A DNA stretch of 32,000 bases from NCBI RefSeq assembly GCF_050218735.1, contig NZ_CP189734.1. One strand, 5' to 3'. The DNA is from Escherichia coli (GTDB lineage Bacteria; Pseudomonadota; Gammaproteobacteria; Enterobacterales; Enterobacteriaceae). Positions within the stretch are counted from its first letter, which is position 1, and each line of letters opens with the position of its first letter. A program made the translations under genes and the position numbers. Below are positions 1 through 10,016 of the stretch, in pieces. The notes under the pieces were generated by a model. It was not told the origin of the DNA. It saw only the letters and a program-made list of their open reading frames with translations, and made no database searches.

Positions 1-1196
1 AGAAATTCCGCATTTTCGATCACTGGGGCAATTTTGAGTATCACGAACTGCATACCGAAGAGGCCGAAGTCACAGCGACAAAATCGCTTGCACAAAAACG
101 CTTCGAAGCGTGGGTTATGCTGGGGACCGCTGCACAACGTAAATTCGACAAACAGGCGGTGGATTTAGTTGCTCACCAGCTTCGCGAGCAAATCAACGCA
201 CTGGATGAAAAGTCGATTGCCGTACAGGAAAAGTGGCAGCAAAAAGCGCAGTACAGTGATGAAAAGGTGCTGCGCCAGCTTTCTCCGAAAACACAGCAGG
301 ATCTGCTATCTGTTCTGGCCCCGCTGATGCAGTGGCTGGACGTGCGCGGGCAAAGCGATGCCATACGCTTTGATATGGATATTCTGGCGGCGCAAACTGC
401 CCGTTATACCAACCCGGAAGAGCTGGATGTGCTCTGGCCGGTCATCGTCGAAAAAGTGGAGCGCCTGCCGCCGCATTTGGCGCAGGTGCAGCAACAGGGA
501 CAACGAATCAATCAGCTTCGTGATCTAGGCTGGTGGAAGCAGGCCAGCCTGGAAGAGCTGGAGGATATCCGCATTCACCTGCGCGGTATCATGCACCTGA
601 TGGAAAAAGACGCGACGCCGAAATTTGGTCCGATACAGGTAGATATTACCGAAGATGCGAACCTGATCCAGACAGAGACCCGCAAAACTAATATCCGCTC
701 GATTGATTTCAAACTCTATCGCCAGCAAGTTCAGGGGGCGCTGGAGCCGCTGTTCCAGCAAAACCCGGTTCTGAAGAAAATCCGCAACGGCGAGCCGGTA
801 ACACAAGGCGAACTGGATGAGTTGGCAAAACTGGTGCTGATCCAAAACCCCAACGTTGATATCCGGGCACTGAAAGAGTTCTATCCGCAGGCAACCGCCA
901 GCCTGGATAAACTTTTGCGTACCATCATCGGGATGGACAGCGACGCGGTGGAAGTGCGCTTTGCTCAGTTCGCCGCTGATAACAGTCTGACCAGCCAACA
1001 ACTGCGCTTCCTGTCATTGCTGAAAAACCACATTCGCGATTACGGCACCATTGAAATGCGGCAGCTCTTTGAACAGCCTTTTACGCATATCCACAACGAA
1101 GGCGTTACCGGTGTGTTCCCTGATATAGAGCAGATCGCCCGCCTGCAAAAGATAGTCGAAGAGCTGGGTGTTGTGACCGACGCAGCGACGGTATAA
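1..1196 (+). CDS. hsdR: Type I restriction enzyme R subunit, C-terminal part (truncated by window start)
   Basis: The frame stays open upstream of the listed ORF (translates ...KFRIFDHWGNFEYHELHTEEAEVTATKSLAQKRFEAWVML...). The C-terminal helical region is EcoEI-type HsdR-like and hsdM/hsdS follow immediately. Confidence 0.9.
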   Translation, partial: KFRIFDHWGNFEYHELHTEEAEVTATKSLAQKRFEAWVMLGTAAQRKFDKQAVDLVAHQLREQINALDEKSIAVQEKWQQKAQYSDEKVLRQLSPKTQQDLLSVLAPLMQWLDVRGQSDAIRFDMDILAAQTARYTNPEELDVLWPVIVEKVERLPPHLAQVQQQGQRINQLRDLGWWKQASLEELEDIRIHLRGIMHLMEKDATPKFGPIQVDITEDANLIQTETRKTNIRSIDFKLYRQQVQGALEPLFQQNPVLKKIRNGEPVTQGELDELAKLVLIQNPNVDIRALKEFYPQATASLDKLLRTIIGMDSDAVEVRFAQFAADNSLTSQQLRFLSLLKNHIRDYGTIEMRQLFEQPFTHIHNEGVTGVFPDIEQIARLQKIVEELGVVTDAATV

Positions 1197-1259
1197 TACG
1201 CACATGACAAGCCCCGGCAGCGGGGCTTTTGTATTTAAAACAGGATATAAACGCTAACA

Positions 1260-2894
1260 ATGATTACTGGCGACTTAAAAAGTAAAATCGACGGACTATG
1301 GGAAGATTTCTGGGTGGGTGGTATCACCAACCCGCTGACCGTAATCGAACAAATCACTTACCTGATGTACTCCCGGATGCTGGATACCCAGGAACAACGT
1401 GACGAGAAGCGTAAACAAATCGCGGGTATTGATTTTAAACCGCGTTTTACGCCAGAACAGCAGGAGTTCCGTTTCAGCCACTATAGCAATCTTGGCTCGG
1501 ATGAGATGATGGAAGTGGTGCGCGATGGTGTATTCCAGCATTTTCGTCAGCTCGGCCAGGCCGATGCGTCGAAGGTAACGCTGCTGGGCAACTTTATGAA
1601 AGATGCTCGTCTGGAGATTGTTAAGCCGTCATTACTGACCAAAGCGGTTGAGGTGATCAAAAACCTGCCATTGGATCGTGGCGATACCAAAGGCGACCTT
1701 TACGAATACCTGTTAAGCAAGCTGACCACTGCTGGAATCAACGGCCAGTTCCGCACGCCGCGCCACATTATCCGCACGATGGTTGAAATGATGGAGCCGA
1801 ACCCGGCCCGCGGCGAGACGATTTGCGATCCGGCCTGCGGCACTGGTGGTTTTCTGGCAACCAGCTATGAATATCTGCTGGAGAAGTACAGCTCGCTGGA
1901 ATCCATTCATACCGAGATTGGCACCAACGAACGTGGCGAGCTGGAAGAGCAAAAAATCTTTACCGGCGATCTGCTGACACCGTGGCGTAACCATGTAGAT
2001 AACAATATGTTCCACGGTTACGATTTTGATACCACCATGCTGCGTATCGCCGCTATGAACCTGATTATGCACGGTGTGGAAGCGCCAGATATTCACTATC
2101 AGGACACCATGAGCCAGAGCTTCAGCACTAACTTCCCTCAGGCAAGTAAAAACGCTTTCAACCTGATTCTGGCGAACCCGCCTTTTACCGGTTCACTGGA
2201 CGAGGAAGATATCGACTCCACGCTGTCGGCAATGGTGAAAACCAAAAAAACTGAACTACTGTTCCTGGCGCGTATTCTGCAAATGCTGAAAGTGGGCGGG
2301 CGAAGTGCCACTATCGTGCCGCAGGGCGTGTTGTTTGGCTCCAGTAAGGCGCACCAGTCACTTCGCAAAACGCTGGTGGAAGATAACCAATTGGAAGCGG
2401 TGATCAACCTGCCTTCCGGCGTATTTAAACCTTACGCTGGCGTGGCGACGGCGATCCTGATCTTTACCAAAGGCGGTCAAACGGATGAGGTCTGGTTCTA
2501 CGATCTACAAAATGACGGCTATAGCCTGGATGACAAGCGTAACCCGATAAAAGACAACGATCTGCCGCATCTACTGGCAAGCTGGAAGCATTACCGTACT
2601 TTACGCGGGCTACCGGTTGATAACTTTATGGGTGAGAAATTAGCCTCATTACTGAAACAGCAGCACCCGGAAGGGATTGATGCTGGCGTTGATTTTAAAG
2701 ATCGCACGCAGGCGGCGTTTGTGGTGCCGAAAGCGGATATTGCTGCGCAGAAATACGATCTCTCTATCAATCGTTATAAAGAGGTGGTGTATCAGGCGGA
2801 GGAGTATGAAGATCCGAAGGTGATACTGAAACGATTAAAAGATCTGGAAAAAGAGATTCTGGCAGATCTGGATGAGCTGGAGGGGATGCTGTGA
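1260..2894 (+). CDS. hsdM: Type I restriction-modification DNA methyltransferase subunit
   Basis: N6-adenine methyltransferase motifs DPACGTGGF and NPPFTG; located between hsdR and hsdS. Confidence 0.97.
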   Translation: MITGDLKSKIDGLWEDFWVGGITNPLTVIEQITYLMYSRMLDTQEQRDEKRKQIAGIDFKPRFTPEQQEFRFSHYSNLGSDEMMEVVRDGVFQHFRQLGQADASKVTLLGNFMKDARLEIVKPSLLTKAVEVIKNLPLDRGDTKGDLYEYLLSKLTTAGINGQFRTPRHIIRTMVEMMEPNPARGETICDPACGTGGFLATSYEYLLEKYSSLESIHTEIGTNERGELEEQKIFTGDLLTPWRNHVDNNMFHGYDFDTTMLRIAAMNLIMHGVEAPDIHYQDTMSQSFSTNFPQASKNAFNLILANPPFTGSLDEEDIDSTLSAMVKTKKTELLFLARILQMLKVGGRSATIVPQGVLFGSSKAHQSLRKTLVEDNQLEAVINLPSGVFKPYAGVATAILIFTKGGQTDEVWFYDLQNDGYSLDDKRNPIKDNDLPHLLASWKHYRTLRGLPVDNFMGEKLASLLKQQHPEGIDAGVDFKDRTQAAFVVPKADIAAQKYDLSINRYKEVVYQAEEYEDPKVILKRLKDLEKEILADLDELEGML

Positions 2895-4069
2895 GTTGGC
2901 CGATGGTGAAGTTAGGCGAAATTTTTACTATATCTCGAGGGGGGTCTCCAAGACCTATTCAAGATTATATTACCGACTCCTGTAATGGAGTAAATTGGAT
3001 AATGATTGGTGATACTGAACCAAATTCAAAATACATTAGACATACAGCAAAAAAAATAAAGTTTGAAGGAGTGAAAAAATCCAGAAAGGTCTACCCTGGA
3101 GATTTATTACTTACAAACTCTATGAGTTTTGGGCGTCCATATATACTTGATGTTGAAGGATGTATACATGATGGATGGTTGGTTCTAAGTCCTAAAAATA
3201 ATCAAATACATATTGATTATTTTTATCATTATTTAAATTCTCCAACTGCAAAAATCATCATATCAAACAAGGCTGCTGGTGCAGTTGTAAAAAATTTGAA
3301 CTCAGATATTGTGAGAAACTTGGAAATTCCGTTCCCCCCTTTTGCGGAACAGGTAAGGATAGCTTCAACTCTCGATAAAGCCGATGGCATACGTCAAAAA
3401 CGCGAGCAAGCCATCAAACTGGCTGATGATTTTTTGCGTGCTACGTTTTTGGAGATGTTTGGCGATCCCGTTCAAAACCCGAAGGGATGGAATGTTAAAC
3501 CTCTGGCAGATCAGATTATTCATGCCAATAACGGTATCTCACGACGTAGAAAAGAAGATACTAATGAGGGGGATATTGTCCTTAGACTACAAGATGTACA
3601 TTATTCAGGAATTACATTTGATAAAGAACTAAACAGGATAAAACTAGTCGATAAAGAAAAACAGATTGCTCGTGTTGAGTATGATGATCTTCTTTTTATT
3701 CGCGTTAATGGAAATCCGAACTATGTTGGCCGTACGGCTGTATTCAAGTCATATATTGAACCAGTGTATCATAACGATCATTTAATCAGAATTAAATTAG
3801 ATAACGAATATCAGTCTGATTTTTTATGTTATTTAATTAACTCACCTTTTAGTAGAAAATTAATCGCACAGCAGATTAAAACCTCTGCTGGACAACACAC
3901 AATTAGTCAAGATGGTATATTAAAACTTATGTTTTATCGCCCTCCTATTGAATTACAGGAAAAATTCATCAATATAAAAAATAAAATTGAATCAATTTTT
4001 TATAGAAAAGATAAGCATGAAGATCTTTTTGCTTCTATTTCTAATAAATTAATCCATTCAATTAAGTGA
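2891..4069 (+). CDS. hsdS: Type I restriction-modification specificity subunit
   Basis: Two TRD-like halves (MVKLGEIFTISRGGSP... and GWNVKPLADQI...) with a conserved central region (IPFPPFAEQVRIASTLDKAD); GTG start overlaps the hsdM stop by 4 nt. Confidence 0.95.
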   Translation: MSWPMVKLGEIFTISRGGSPRPIQDYITDSCNGVNWIMIGDTEPNSKYIRHTAKKIKFEGVKKSRKVYPGDLLLTNSMSFGRPYILDVEGCIHDGWLVLSPKNNQIHIDYFYHYLNSPTAKIIISNKAAGAVVKNLNSDIVRNLEIPFPPFAEQVRIASTLDKADGIRQKREQAIKLADDFLRATFLEMFGDPVQNPKGWNVKPLADQIIHANNGISRRRKEDTNEGDIVLRLQDVHYSGITFDKELNRIKLVDKEKQIARVEYDDLLFIRVNGNPNYVGRTAVFKSYIEPVYHNDHLIRIKLDNEYQSDFLCYLINSPFSRKLIAQQIKTSAGQHTISQDGILKLMFYRPPIELQEKFINIKNKIESIFYRKDKHEDLFASISNKLIHSIK

Positions 4070-4091
4070 ATTTTTTGATAAGAAATCATAA

Positions 4092-4117
4092 AAGGCCTTC
4101 ATATTTTCTGAAGGTCT
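4092..4117 (+). terminator. Putative rho-independent terminator after hsdS
   Basis: aaggccttca-tattttc-tgaaggtctt stem (one G:T) followed by attctt, shortly after the hsdS stop. Confidence 0.55.
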
Positions 4118-4198
4118 TATTCTTTCGATAAAAATGACAGAACTTTCTCAAAGATGTAAAACCACCTTAAAATACCTGCTAATAAAAAACATAACCCT

Positions 4199-4227
4199 TT
4201 GACTTTATTATCTAAAAATGTTAAAAT
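4199..4227 (+). promoter_or_regulatory. Candidate sigma70 promoter for the nitrilase-like gene
   Basis: TTGACT (4199-4204), 17-nt spacer, TAAAAT (4222-4227), placed between the putative hsdS terminator and the GTG at 4264. Confidence 0.5.
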
Positions 4228-4263
4228 AACACACTTTATTTAATTACTTGATAGAAATGAAAA

Positions 4264-6012
4264 GTGAAACTGCAAAATTTCATCTTAAATTTTTTCCCTA
4301 AACCATACCTAAAAAAATATAAAGAATTTGGTTTCGAAAACAGACTTCGAACTCCATATCACAATGGTCTAAATAGTATACTTTCATGGCCCCCTAATAC
4401 ATTCCTAATTCTACACTCAATAATTGAATATACCGACAAATATAGATTACTCGTCTCTCCGCAACCTCATTTTTCATGGGATAAGATAAAAAGAAAAAAA
4501 GTTGAGGATATCTGCGAATCACTTGATAACTATCTCAACTGTCAATTAAACTCACTTGGCACAACTCATGATAAAGATTTTATCTTAAAGAAAAGTCTAG
4601 ATTGCATTTTCAATAAGCAAAATTTCGATAAAAATATATATGATCTAATGAATAATGAATCATTTTGTGAGTCGGTATTCTTGCTATTAATCTCTATTGA
4701 TTCTTTCTTTAAAAAAAGTAACACCGGTGAACTTAACGTTAATATCAAAGCTGCATTGATAAGCAGGAACATAAGAAAGATCAAATCATTCAAACTAGGA
4801 AATAAACAAACATTAAACTCAAGTAATTTAGCTGACAACCATGACATGGAGGGGTTAGTTACACAAAAATTCAATACTCCCCAGTCTGGTTTAACAATGA
4901 ACAATCTAACTCAAAACCTTACATGCATTAAACCAGCCATTAAGTATCACTCTGTCACTAATAAATCATCCGATTATAAAATCCATAAAAAAGAATATAA
5001 CATCCTCTTTATTCCATGGCCTTTTATTGTGAAAGAGGAATATTTCTCCCCTTCATCGATTACTTCTAAGAAGCATGATATAGACAGTTATTTCGATTTT
5101 TTCGATTACAAACCAGATTCAATTTTTAATCATCAGCATTTTCTTTCTTATATACTTTCGACAATAAAGAGGGTTGGCTCACTCGAGCTGATAATATTCC
5201 CAGAAAGTGCATTATCACAAAAACAATTTAACAGTCTCAAAACGCTACTTTTTGAAACCTTTGGAGAAAATGCACCATCATTGCTATCAGGAGTTTATGG
5301 TAGTATTGATGATATTGGAGAAAACTATGCACTTTTATCGTTTATAGAAGAAAGTGGTAATGGATTTGATACAATCAGACAGGATAAACACCATCGCTGG
5401 TTTCTTGAACGAAATCAACTAAGGAATTATAACTTAGCCTCAAGTTTAGATCCCAGTAAGAAATGGTGGGAGAATATTGCGATAGGACGCCGCAAGCTTA
5501 CAACATTGCATACTAATAATGGTGTATCACTATGTCCTTTAATTTGTGAGGACTTAGCCAGACAAGAACCTGTAGCTCAGGCGGTGAGGTCTATAGGGCC
5601 AAACTTAGTCGTTAGCTTATTGCTAGATGGTCCCCAAATTAGTTCCAGATGGCCTGGTAAATATTCAGCAGTATTATCAGATGATCCTGGCTCATCGGTT
5701 CTATCTGTTACAGCTTTTGGAATGACTCAACGATCTACTGGTCTAGGCTTTAAACCTAGCACCCAAGTTGCCTTGTGGAGTGAGCCAGGTAAAGGCTCCG
5801 AAACTTTGGAACTGCCTTCTGCGGACCACGCTATTGTGTTAGAATTGGAGATAGAGCAAACAGGAATGTGGTCTTTGGATGGCCGTTGTGAGACAAAACC
5901 TATATTAAGAAAAAGGATGCATTCCGCAATAGCTCTTGATACAAGCCAAAGTGTGACTGCACTTAAACAAGGTATAGCAAAATTTCTGAACTCTAGGAGG
6001 TCACATGTCTGA
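4264..6012 (+). CDS. Uncharacterised 582 aa protein with a C-terminal nitrilase/carbon-nitrogen hydrolase-like domain
   Basis: Candidate triad: Glu314 in LELIIFPESALS (codon 5203), Lys375 in RQDKHHRWFLERNQL (codon 5386), Cys428 in VSLCPLICEDLARQ (codon 5545). N-terminal ~200 aa is helical/unknown, then a polar linker. GTG start. Confidence 0.7.
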   Translation: MKLQNFILNFFPKPYLKKYKEFGFENRLRTPYHNGLNSILSWPPNTFLILHSIIEYTDKYRLLVSPQPHFSWDKIKRKKVEDICESLDNYLNCQLNSLGTTHDKDFILKKSLDCIFNKQNFDKNIYDLMNNESFCESVFLLLISIDSFFKKSNTGELNVNIKAALISRNIRKIKSFKLGNKQTLNSSNLADNHDMEGLVTQKFNTPQSGLTMNNLTQNLTCIKPAIKYHSVTNKSSDYKIHKKEYNILFIPWPFIVKEEYFSPSSITSKKHDIDSYFDFFDYKPDSIFNHQHFLSYILSTIKRVGSLELIIFPESALSQKQFNSLKTLLFETFGENAPSLLSGVYGSIDDIGENYALLSFIEESGNGFDTIRQDKHHRWFLERNQLRNYNLASSLDPSKKWWENIAIGRRKLTTLHTNNGVSLCPLICEDLARQEPVAQAVRSIGPNLVVSLLLDGPQISSRWPGKYSAVLSDDPGSSVLSVTAFGMTQRSTGLGFKPSTQVALWSEPGKGSETLELPSADHAIVLELEIEQTGMWSLDGRCETKPILRKRMHSAIALDTSQSVTALKQGIAKFLNSRRSHV

Positions 6013-6271
6013 GAAGAAAAGTATTGATGATAAGATGCTATTGAGGGCAATCGCAGATATGGTTGTTCAAAATCCCTCCTATGCCAGAGAAATATTCAAT
6101 GACGCGGATGACATTACTAATATATTCCCAGAGCTTAAAGTGATTAGTGATTTCTTATTACAACCTTCTGATGACAACTATAAAGAAGTCCTAGAGGATA
6201 AAATAAAAAAAATACCTAACACTGAAACAAAAAAAATATTTCTTATGGCTATCAACTCACAAGAGAAATAA
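6005..6271 (+). CDS. Uncharacterised small acidic/helical protein (88 aa), likely co-expressed with the nitrilase-like gene
   Basis: ATG overlaps the 3' end of the preceding ORF by 8 nt, same strand; AT-rich like its partner; no recognised family. Confidence 0.65.
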   Translation: MSEKKSIDDKMLLRAIADMVVQNPSYAREIFNDADDITNIFPELKVISDFLLQPSDDNYKEVLEDKIKKIPNTETKKIFLMAINSQEK

Positions 6272-6412
6272 TTTTATATAACAGATACCATGACTTTAAA
6301 CTTCATGGCATCTGTGCGAGTAAATATATTTATTACACTAGTTATTTCTGAAGAAATTTTCTTTAATTTGATGTCATAATTTCATTGAGCAGCCATCCAA
6401 GGGAAACCAATT

Positions 6413-7378
6413 ATGCCTTTTGATTTAAGTAACACTTTAGTTATTGGCATCAGTGCAACTGCGCTTTTTGACATGAGCGAATCCGACCATATGTTTCGGG
6501 AAACCTTTGCGACCGATCCTGATAGCGCTATTGAGAAGTATCGAGCTTATATGCTAGAACACGAAAACCAACCTTTACAGCCCGGAACAGGCTACCCCTT
6601 AGTCAAAGCGTTGCTGGGTCTGAACCAGTACCGTCAACCGGATGATAAATCGCCGTTGGTTGAGGTTGTTGTGATGTCACGTAACAGCCCTGATACCGGT
6701 ATCCGTGTTCTGAATACTATTCGCCATGACAGGCTCGATATCACTCGATCGGCCTTTACGGCAGGCGAAACCGTTGCCGATTACCTTGATGCCTTTGATG
6801 TGGATCTGTTTTTAACGACCAACGTTGAAGATGCGCAAAAGGTGATTGATTCCCGATTCTGCGCCGCTGCAATCCTGAAAGATCCGCCTTCTGACGCATC
6901 TGATATCCCAGAAGGGCAAGTGCGCATTGCTTTTGATGGCGACGCGGTACTTTTTTCCGATCAAAGCGAACTGGTTTATAAGACCCAAGGAATGGCTGCC
7001 TTCCATGCTCAGGAAGACGCGCAGCAGGATATCCCTATGGAAGAGGGGCCTTATGCCACTTTGCTAAAAAAAATAGCCAAGCTTCAGGAACGATTGCCGA
7101 CCCGCGTTGAGTATTCTCCTGTTCGTATTGCGCTGGTGACAGCCCGAAATAGCCCTTCGGAAATGCGCGTTATTAAAACGCTAAGAAGCTGGGGGGTATA
7201 TGTCGATGAAGCTTTTTTTCTTGGCGGTGTAGAGAAAACAAAAGTTCTGAAGGCGTTTAAGCCACACATTTTCTTTGACGATCAGGATGTACATTTGATC
7301 GCGGCTGCAAAGGTAGTACCTTCTGGTAAAGTACCTTATGCCAGTAACTCCGAACTGGCAGAACGTGAAGCATCGTGA
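6413..7378 (+). CDS. Cytosolic 5'-nucleotidase I-like protein (5_nucleotid family)
   Basis: VIGISATALFDMSESD start, VVVMSRNSPDTGIRVLNTIRH, LFLTTNVEDAQ, RIAFDGDAVLFSD, FKPHIFFDDQDVHL motifs typical of this family; purine-rich RBS upstream of 6413. Confidence 0.8.
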   Translation: MPFDLSNTLVIGISATALFDMSESDHMFRETFATDPDSAIEKYRAYMLEHENQPLQPGTGYPLVKALLGLNQYRQPDDKSPLVEVVVMSRNSPDTGIRVLNTIRHDRLDITRSAFTAGETVADYLDAFDVDLFLTTNVEDAQKVIDSRFCAAAILKDPPSDASDIPEGQVRIAFDGDAVLFSDQSELVYKTQGMAAFHAQEDAQQDIPMEEGPYATLLKKIAKLQERLPTRVEYSPVRIALVTARNSPSEMRVIKTLRSWGVYVDEAFFLGGVEKTKVLKAFKPHIFFDDQDVHLIAAAKVVPSGKVPYASNSELAEREAS

Positions 7379-7455
7379 TTATCGCTGACAAACCATTTAG
7401 TCATTAAGGCTGGATGGTTTGTATACCACACGCAAAATAACTGCCCTACCCCAGA

Positions 7456-8331
7456 TCAATGCTCTCCTCTGAACACCTCTTTTCTGTGCCATTCAACAAA
7501 CTGCTCGCCCGGATAATTTTCTTTAACCGGTGGCAATGCAATCGCCTTTCCCGCAAAATCCCAGAACAGTCGCTGTACCACTCCACCACCATTTACCGCA
7601 CCGGAAACCACCACACGCATATTTTCATCCAGGCCAATCGAACCGCGATCAAACGCTTTATGGTGGATTGCACACAATGCCAGGCCATTAGGTACTTCGC
7701 AAGGGCCATGGTGCTGCTTCCATCTGATATGAGCGGCTTCCAGAGCAATCGGCGCATTGTCGTGGCGCATGTTAAAGCCGCAGATAGCGCACTGATAATT
7801 GTAAGCACGTAGCACCATCTGGCGAAACTTCGGATCGCGTTGACGGAGAGAGGTGCGAATATCAAAACCCATCTCGTCAGCGATCTCTTCCTGAATACTG
7901 GCCGGGAAATGCGCCTCCAGGAGCTGCTGCGCCAGCGTATCAATTAACCTGTGATTTTTTGCCACCAACGCAAAATTATCGGCATCAAATCCACCAGCAA
8001 CATTATATTCAATGAGTTCACGTCGGGGCGGCTGGCGGCTACCACTGGTTGAGCACAGTTCCGCGTTATGTAGTTCCCAGAAGCCATCGCCCTTCAGACG
8101 CCAGAACGGCATGTCCGGGCGCTGGTCACGGCGCTGCGGTCCATAACGTTCCAGAAGATCCAACAGGGGCTCGTAGATTTCAGAACCATAGTTAAACAGG
8201 CGACCATGACCCTGCCGATAGAGTGAGAGAACGTACAGCAGCAATAATGGCTTATGTGGCGCACGTTGTTCGCCTTTGCGCCAGATGGTGATATTTGATA
8301 TCGCTTGTTTTAGGGTTTTGTCAGAGGTCAT
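7456..8331 (-). CDS. HNH endonuclease with N-terminal sulfur-binding-type domain, putative type IV (modification-dependent) restriction enzyme
   Basis: N-terminal NITIWRKGEQRAPHKPLLLLYVLS; C-terminal HNH: YQCAICG...EAAHIRW...VPNGLALCAIHHKAFDRGSIGL. The track ORF extends to 8376 using a TTG; ATG at 8331 (MTSDKTLKQAI) looks more natural. Confidence 0.78.
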   Translation of the reverse strand: MTSDKTLKQAISNITIWRKGEQRAPHKPLLLLYVLSLYRQGHGRLFNYGSEIYEPLLDLLERYGPQRRDQRPDMPFWRLKGDGFWELHNAELCSTSGSRQPPRRELIEYNVAGGFDADNFALVAKNHRLIDTLAQQLLEAHFPASIQEEIADEMGFDIRTSLRQRDPKFRQMVLRAYNYQCAICGFNMRHDNAPIALEAAHIRWKQHHGPCEVPNGLALCAIHHKAFDRGSIGLDENMRVVVSGAVNGGGVVQRLFWDFAGKAIALPPVKENYPGEQFVEWHRKEVFRGEH

Positions 8332-8474
8332 TGCGTTGGAGAATCCATGGGCACATATTTGCGATAATGCTCGCAACTATATGTACATTCAAGGCATTAT
8401 TACAGACATCCTTTTTCTCTGGCGGTTCTGTACCTGGCAGATAGAATTCTGATAACAACGGTAAAAAATACAGC

Positions 8475-8505
8475 GACCAACCAGCCCTAAGTGGGCTGGT
8501 TGGTC
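8475..8505. terminator. Perfect 13-bp inverted repeat, probable bidirectional terminator between int and the HNH gene
   Basis: gaccaaccagccc-taagt-gggctggttggtc, flanked by T-rich tracts on both strands. Confidence 0.65.
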
Positions 8506-8546
8506 TTTTAAATTTAAACATCAGCCGAGGAATAACGGCATTCAAC

Positions 8547-9815
8547 TCACTCGCTATTACCCCGATTGATCTTCGCATAGTCAAACGGCGTAATCGCTCT
8601 CTCCCGATTCGCATCCAGAAAATCCGCCCACCACTGCAACATCAGCTTGCGCTCATCAAGATGTTCCGCTTTATGGATATACGCCGCCCTCACCGAATTG
8701 CGTTCCATATGGCTCATCTGCCTTTCCACCGCATCCTTCGACCATAGTCCTGACTCAATTAACGAACTACAGGCCATTGTGCGGAAACCGTGGCCGCAAA
8801 CTTCAACCTTAGTGTCATAACCCATCACCCGTAGCGCACTGTTAACCGTGTTCTCGCTCATGGGCTTACGCGGATCGTGATCGCCAATAAAAATCAGCTC
8901 ATGTTCGCCACAGAACTGTTTTATCTGCTTCAGGATCGCCAGCGCCTGTTTTGAAAGCGGCACCAGATGAGGTGTACGCATCTTTGATCCTCGCTGAGAA
9001 TATTTCACGCCGGGAATCGGTTCTCGCTCAGGAGGGATGGTCCACATTGATGTTTCAAAATCGATCTCTGACCAGCGAGCAAAACGCAGCTCACTGGATC
9101 GAATAAAAATAAGCAGAGTAAGTTCGGTTGCCCAGCGGGTTAGTGGCCTGCCGGTGTAGCCATCTATTTTCTCAAGTAACTCAGGGATGCGCTTTAACTC
9201 CAGCGCCGGACGATGTTGTCGATTACTGGAAGCAACCGCCCCAGCCATCTCTTGTGCTGGGTTATAATCAATTAACCCACTTTGCACCGCATACCGCATG
9301 ATGGCCGTGGTGCGCTGTTGAAGGCGGGAAGCCACTTCAAGGCGTCCGGATTTCTCCACGGCTTTAATAGGAATTAACAGATCGCGGGTGCCTAGTTCAG
9401 CAATGTTGCGAGTACCAATTGCCGGGAAGATATTGTCCTCCAGGCTCTTTTTTACACGATTAGCATGATCTTCCGACCATTTTTGGTTGGTTACGAGCCA
9501 CTCTCTGGCAACCTTCTCGAAAGTAATAATCTCTTTCGCCTGCTCTTCTTTCACAGCACGTTTATGCTCACGAGGATCGATACCAGCAGCGACCAGCTTT
9601 CTGGCCTCTTCCCTTTTCTTCCGCGCATCCGCCAGCGAAACATCCGGGTAAACGCCGAACGCCATCAAATGTTGTTTACCGCCGAAACGGAAACGAAATC
9701 GCCAATACTTGGAGCCGCCAGGTTTTACAAGTAAAGACATGCCGTCACCGTCAACAAGTGAATACTCTTTCTCCTCAGGTTTCGCAGAGCGAACTTTAGT
9801 ATCCGTTAGGGCCAT
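8547..9815 (-). CDS. P4-type tyrosine integrase (island integrase, copy 1)
   Basis: MALTDTKVRSAKPEEKEYSLVDGDGMSLLV..., catalytic-domain motifs RSSELRFARW, HGFRTMA, HMERNSVRAAYIH. Start set to ATG at 9815 rather than the track start at 9893. Confidence 0.92.
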   Translation of the reverse strand: MALTDTKVRSAKPEEKEYSLVDGDGMSLLVKPGGSKYWRFRFRFGGKQHLMAFGVYPDVSLADARKKREEARKLVAAGIDPREHKRAVKEEQAKEIITFEKVAREWLVTNQKWSEDHANRVKKSLEDNIFPAIGTRNIAELGTRDLLIPIKAVEKSGRLEVASRLQQRTTAIMRYAVQSGLIDYNPAQEMAGAVASSNRQHRPALELKRIPELLEKIDGYTGRPLTRWATELTLLIFIRSSELRFARWSEIDFETSMWTIPPEREPIPGVKYSQRGSKMRTPHLVPLSKQALAILKQIKQFCGEHELIFIGDHDPRKPMSENTVNSALRVMGYDTKVEVCGHGFRTMACSSLIESGLWSKDAVERQMSHMERNSVRAAYIHKAEHLDERKLMLQWWADFLDANRERAITPFDYAKINRGNSE

Positions 9816-10016
9816 AATGGTCTTCCTTCCATTGGTATCTCGTGAGTATACAAGCAATATCGAATCGGCAAATATACTTATAAGTATACTCACAAGCCTG
9901 TTGATGTGGGTTGAGTCAGGTTGACTTCAGTTGAGGAGAAAAGCTGGAAAAGCCTTGTGTGGCGCGGATTTCAGGCATAAAAAAAGACCTCAGTTGAGGT
10001 CTATTTACATACTTTT

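Noticed and set aside
4566-4904. 112 aa minus-strand ORF inside the nitrilase-like gene
   Set aside because: No family resemblance or RBS; chance open frame in AT-rich DNA.
4264-6012. Considered as a degenerate DRT1 reverse transcriptase-nitrilase fusion
   Set aside because: The N-terminal region shows no YxDD or other reverse transcriptase motifs and is too short for an RT domain. Only the nitrilase-like part is supported.
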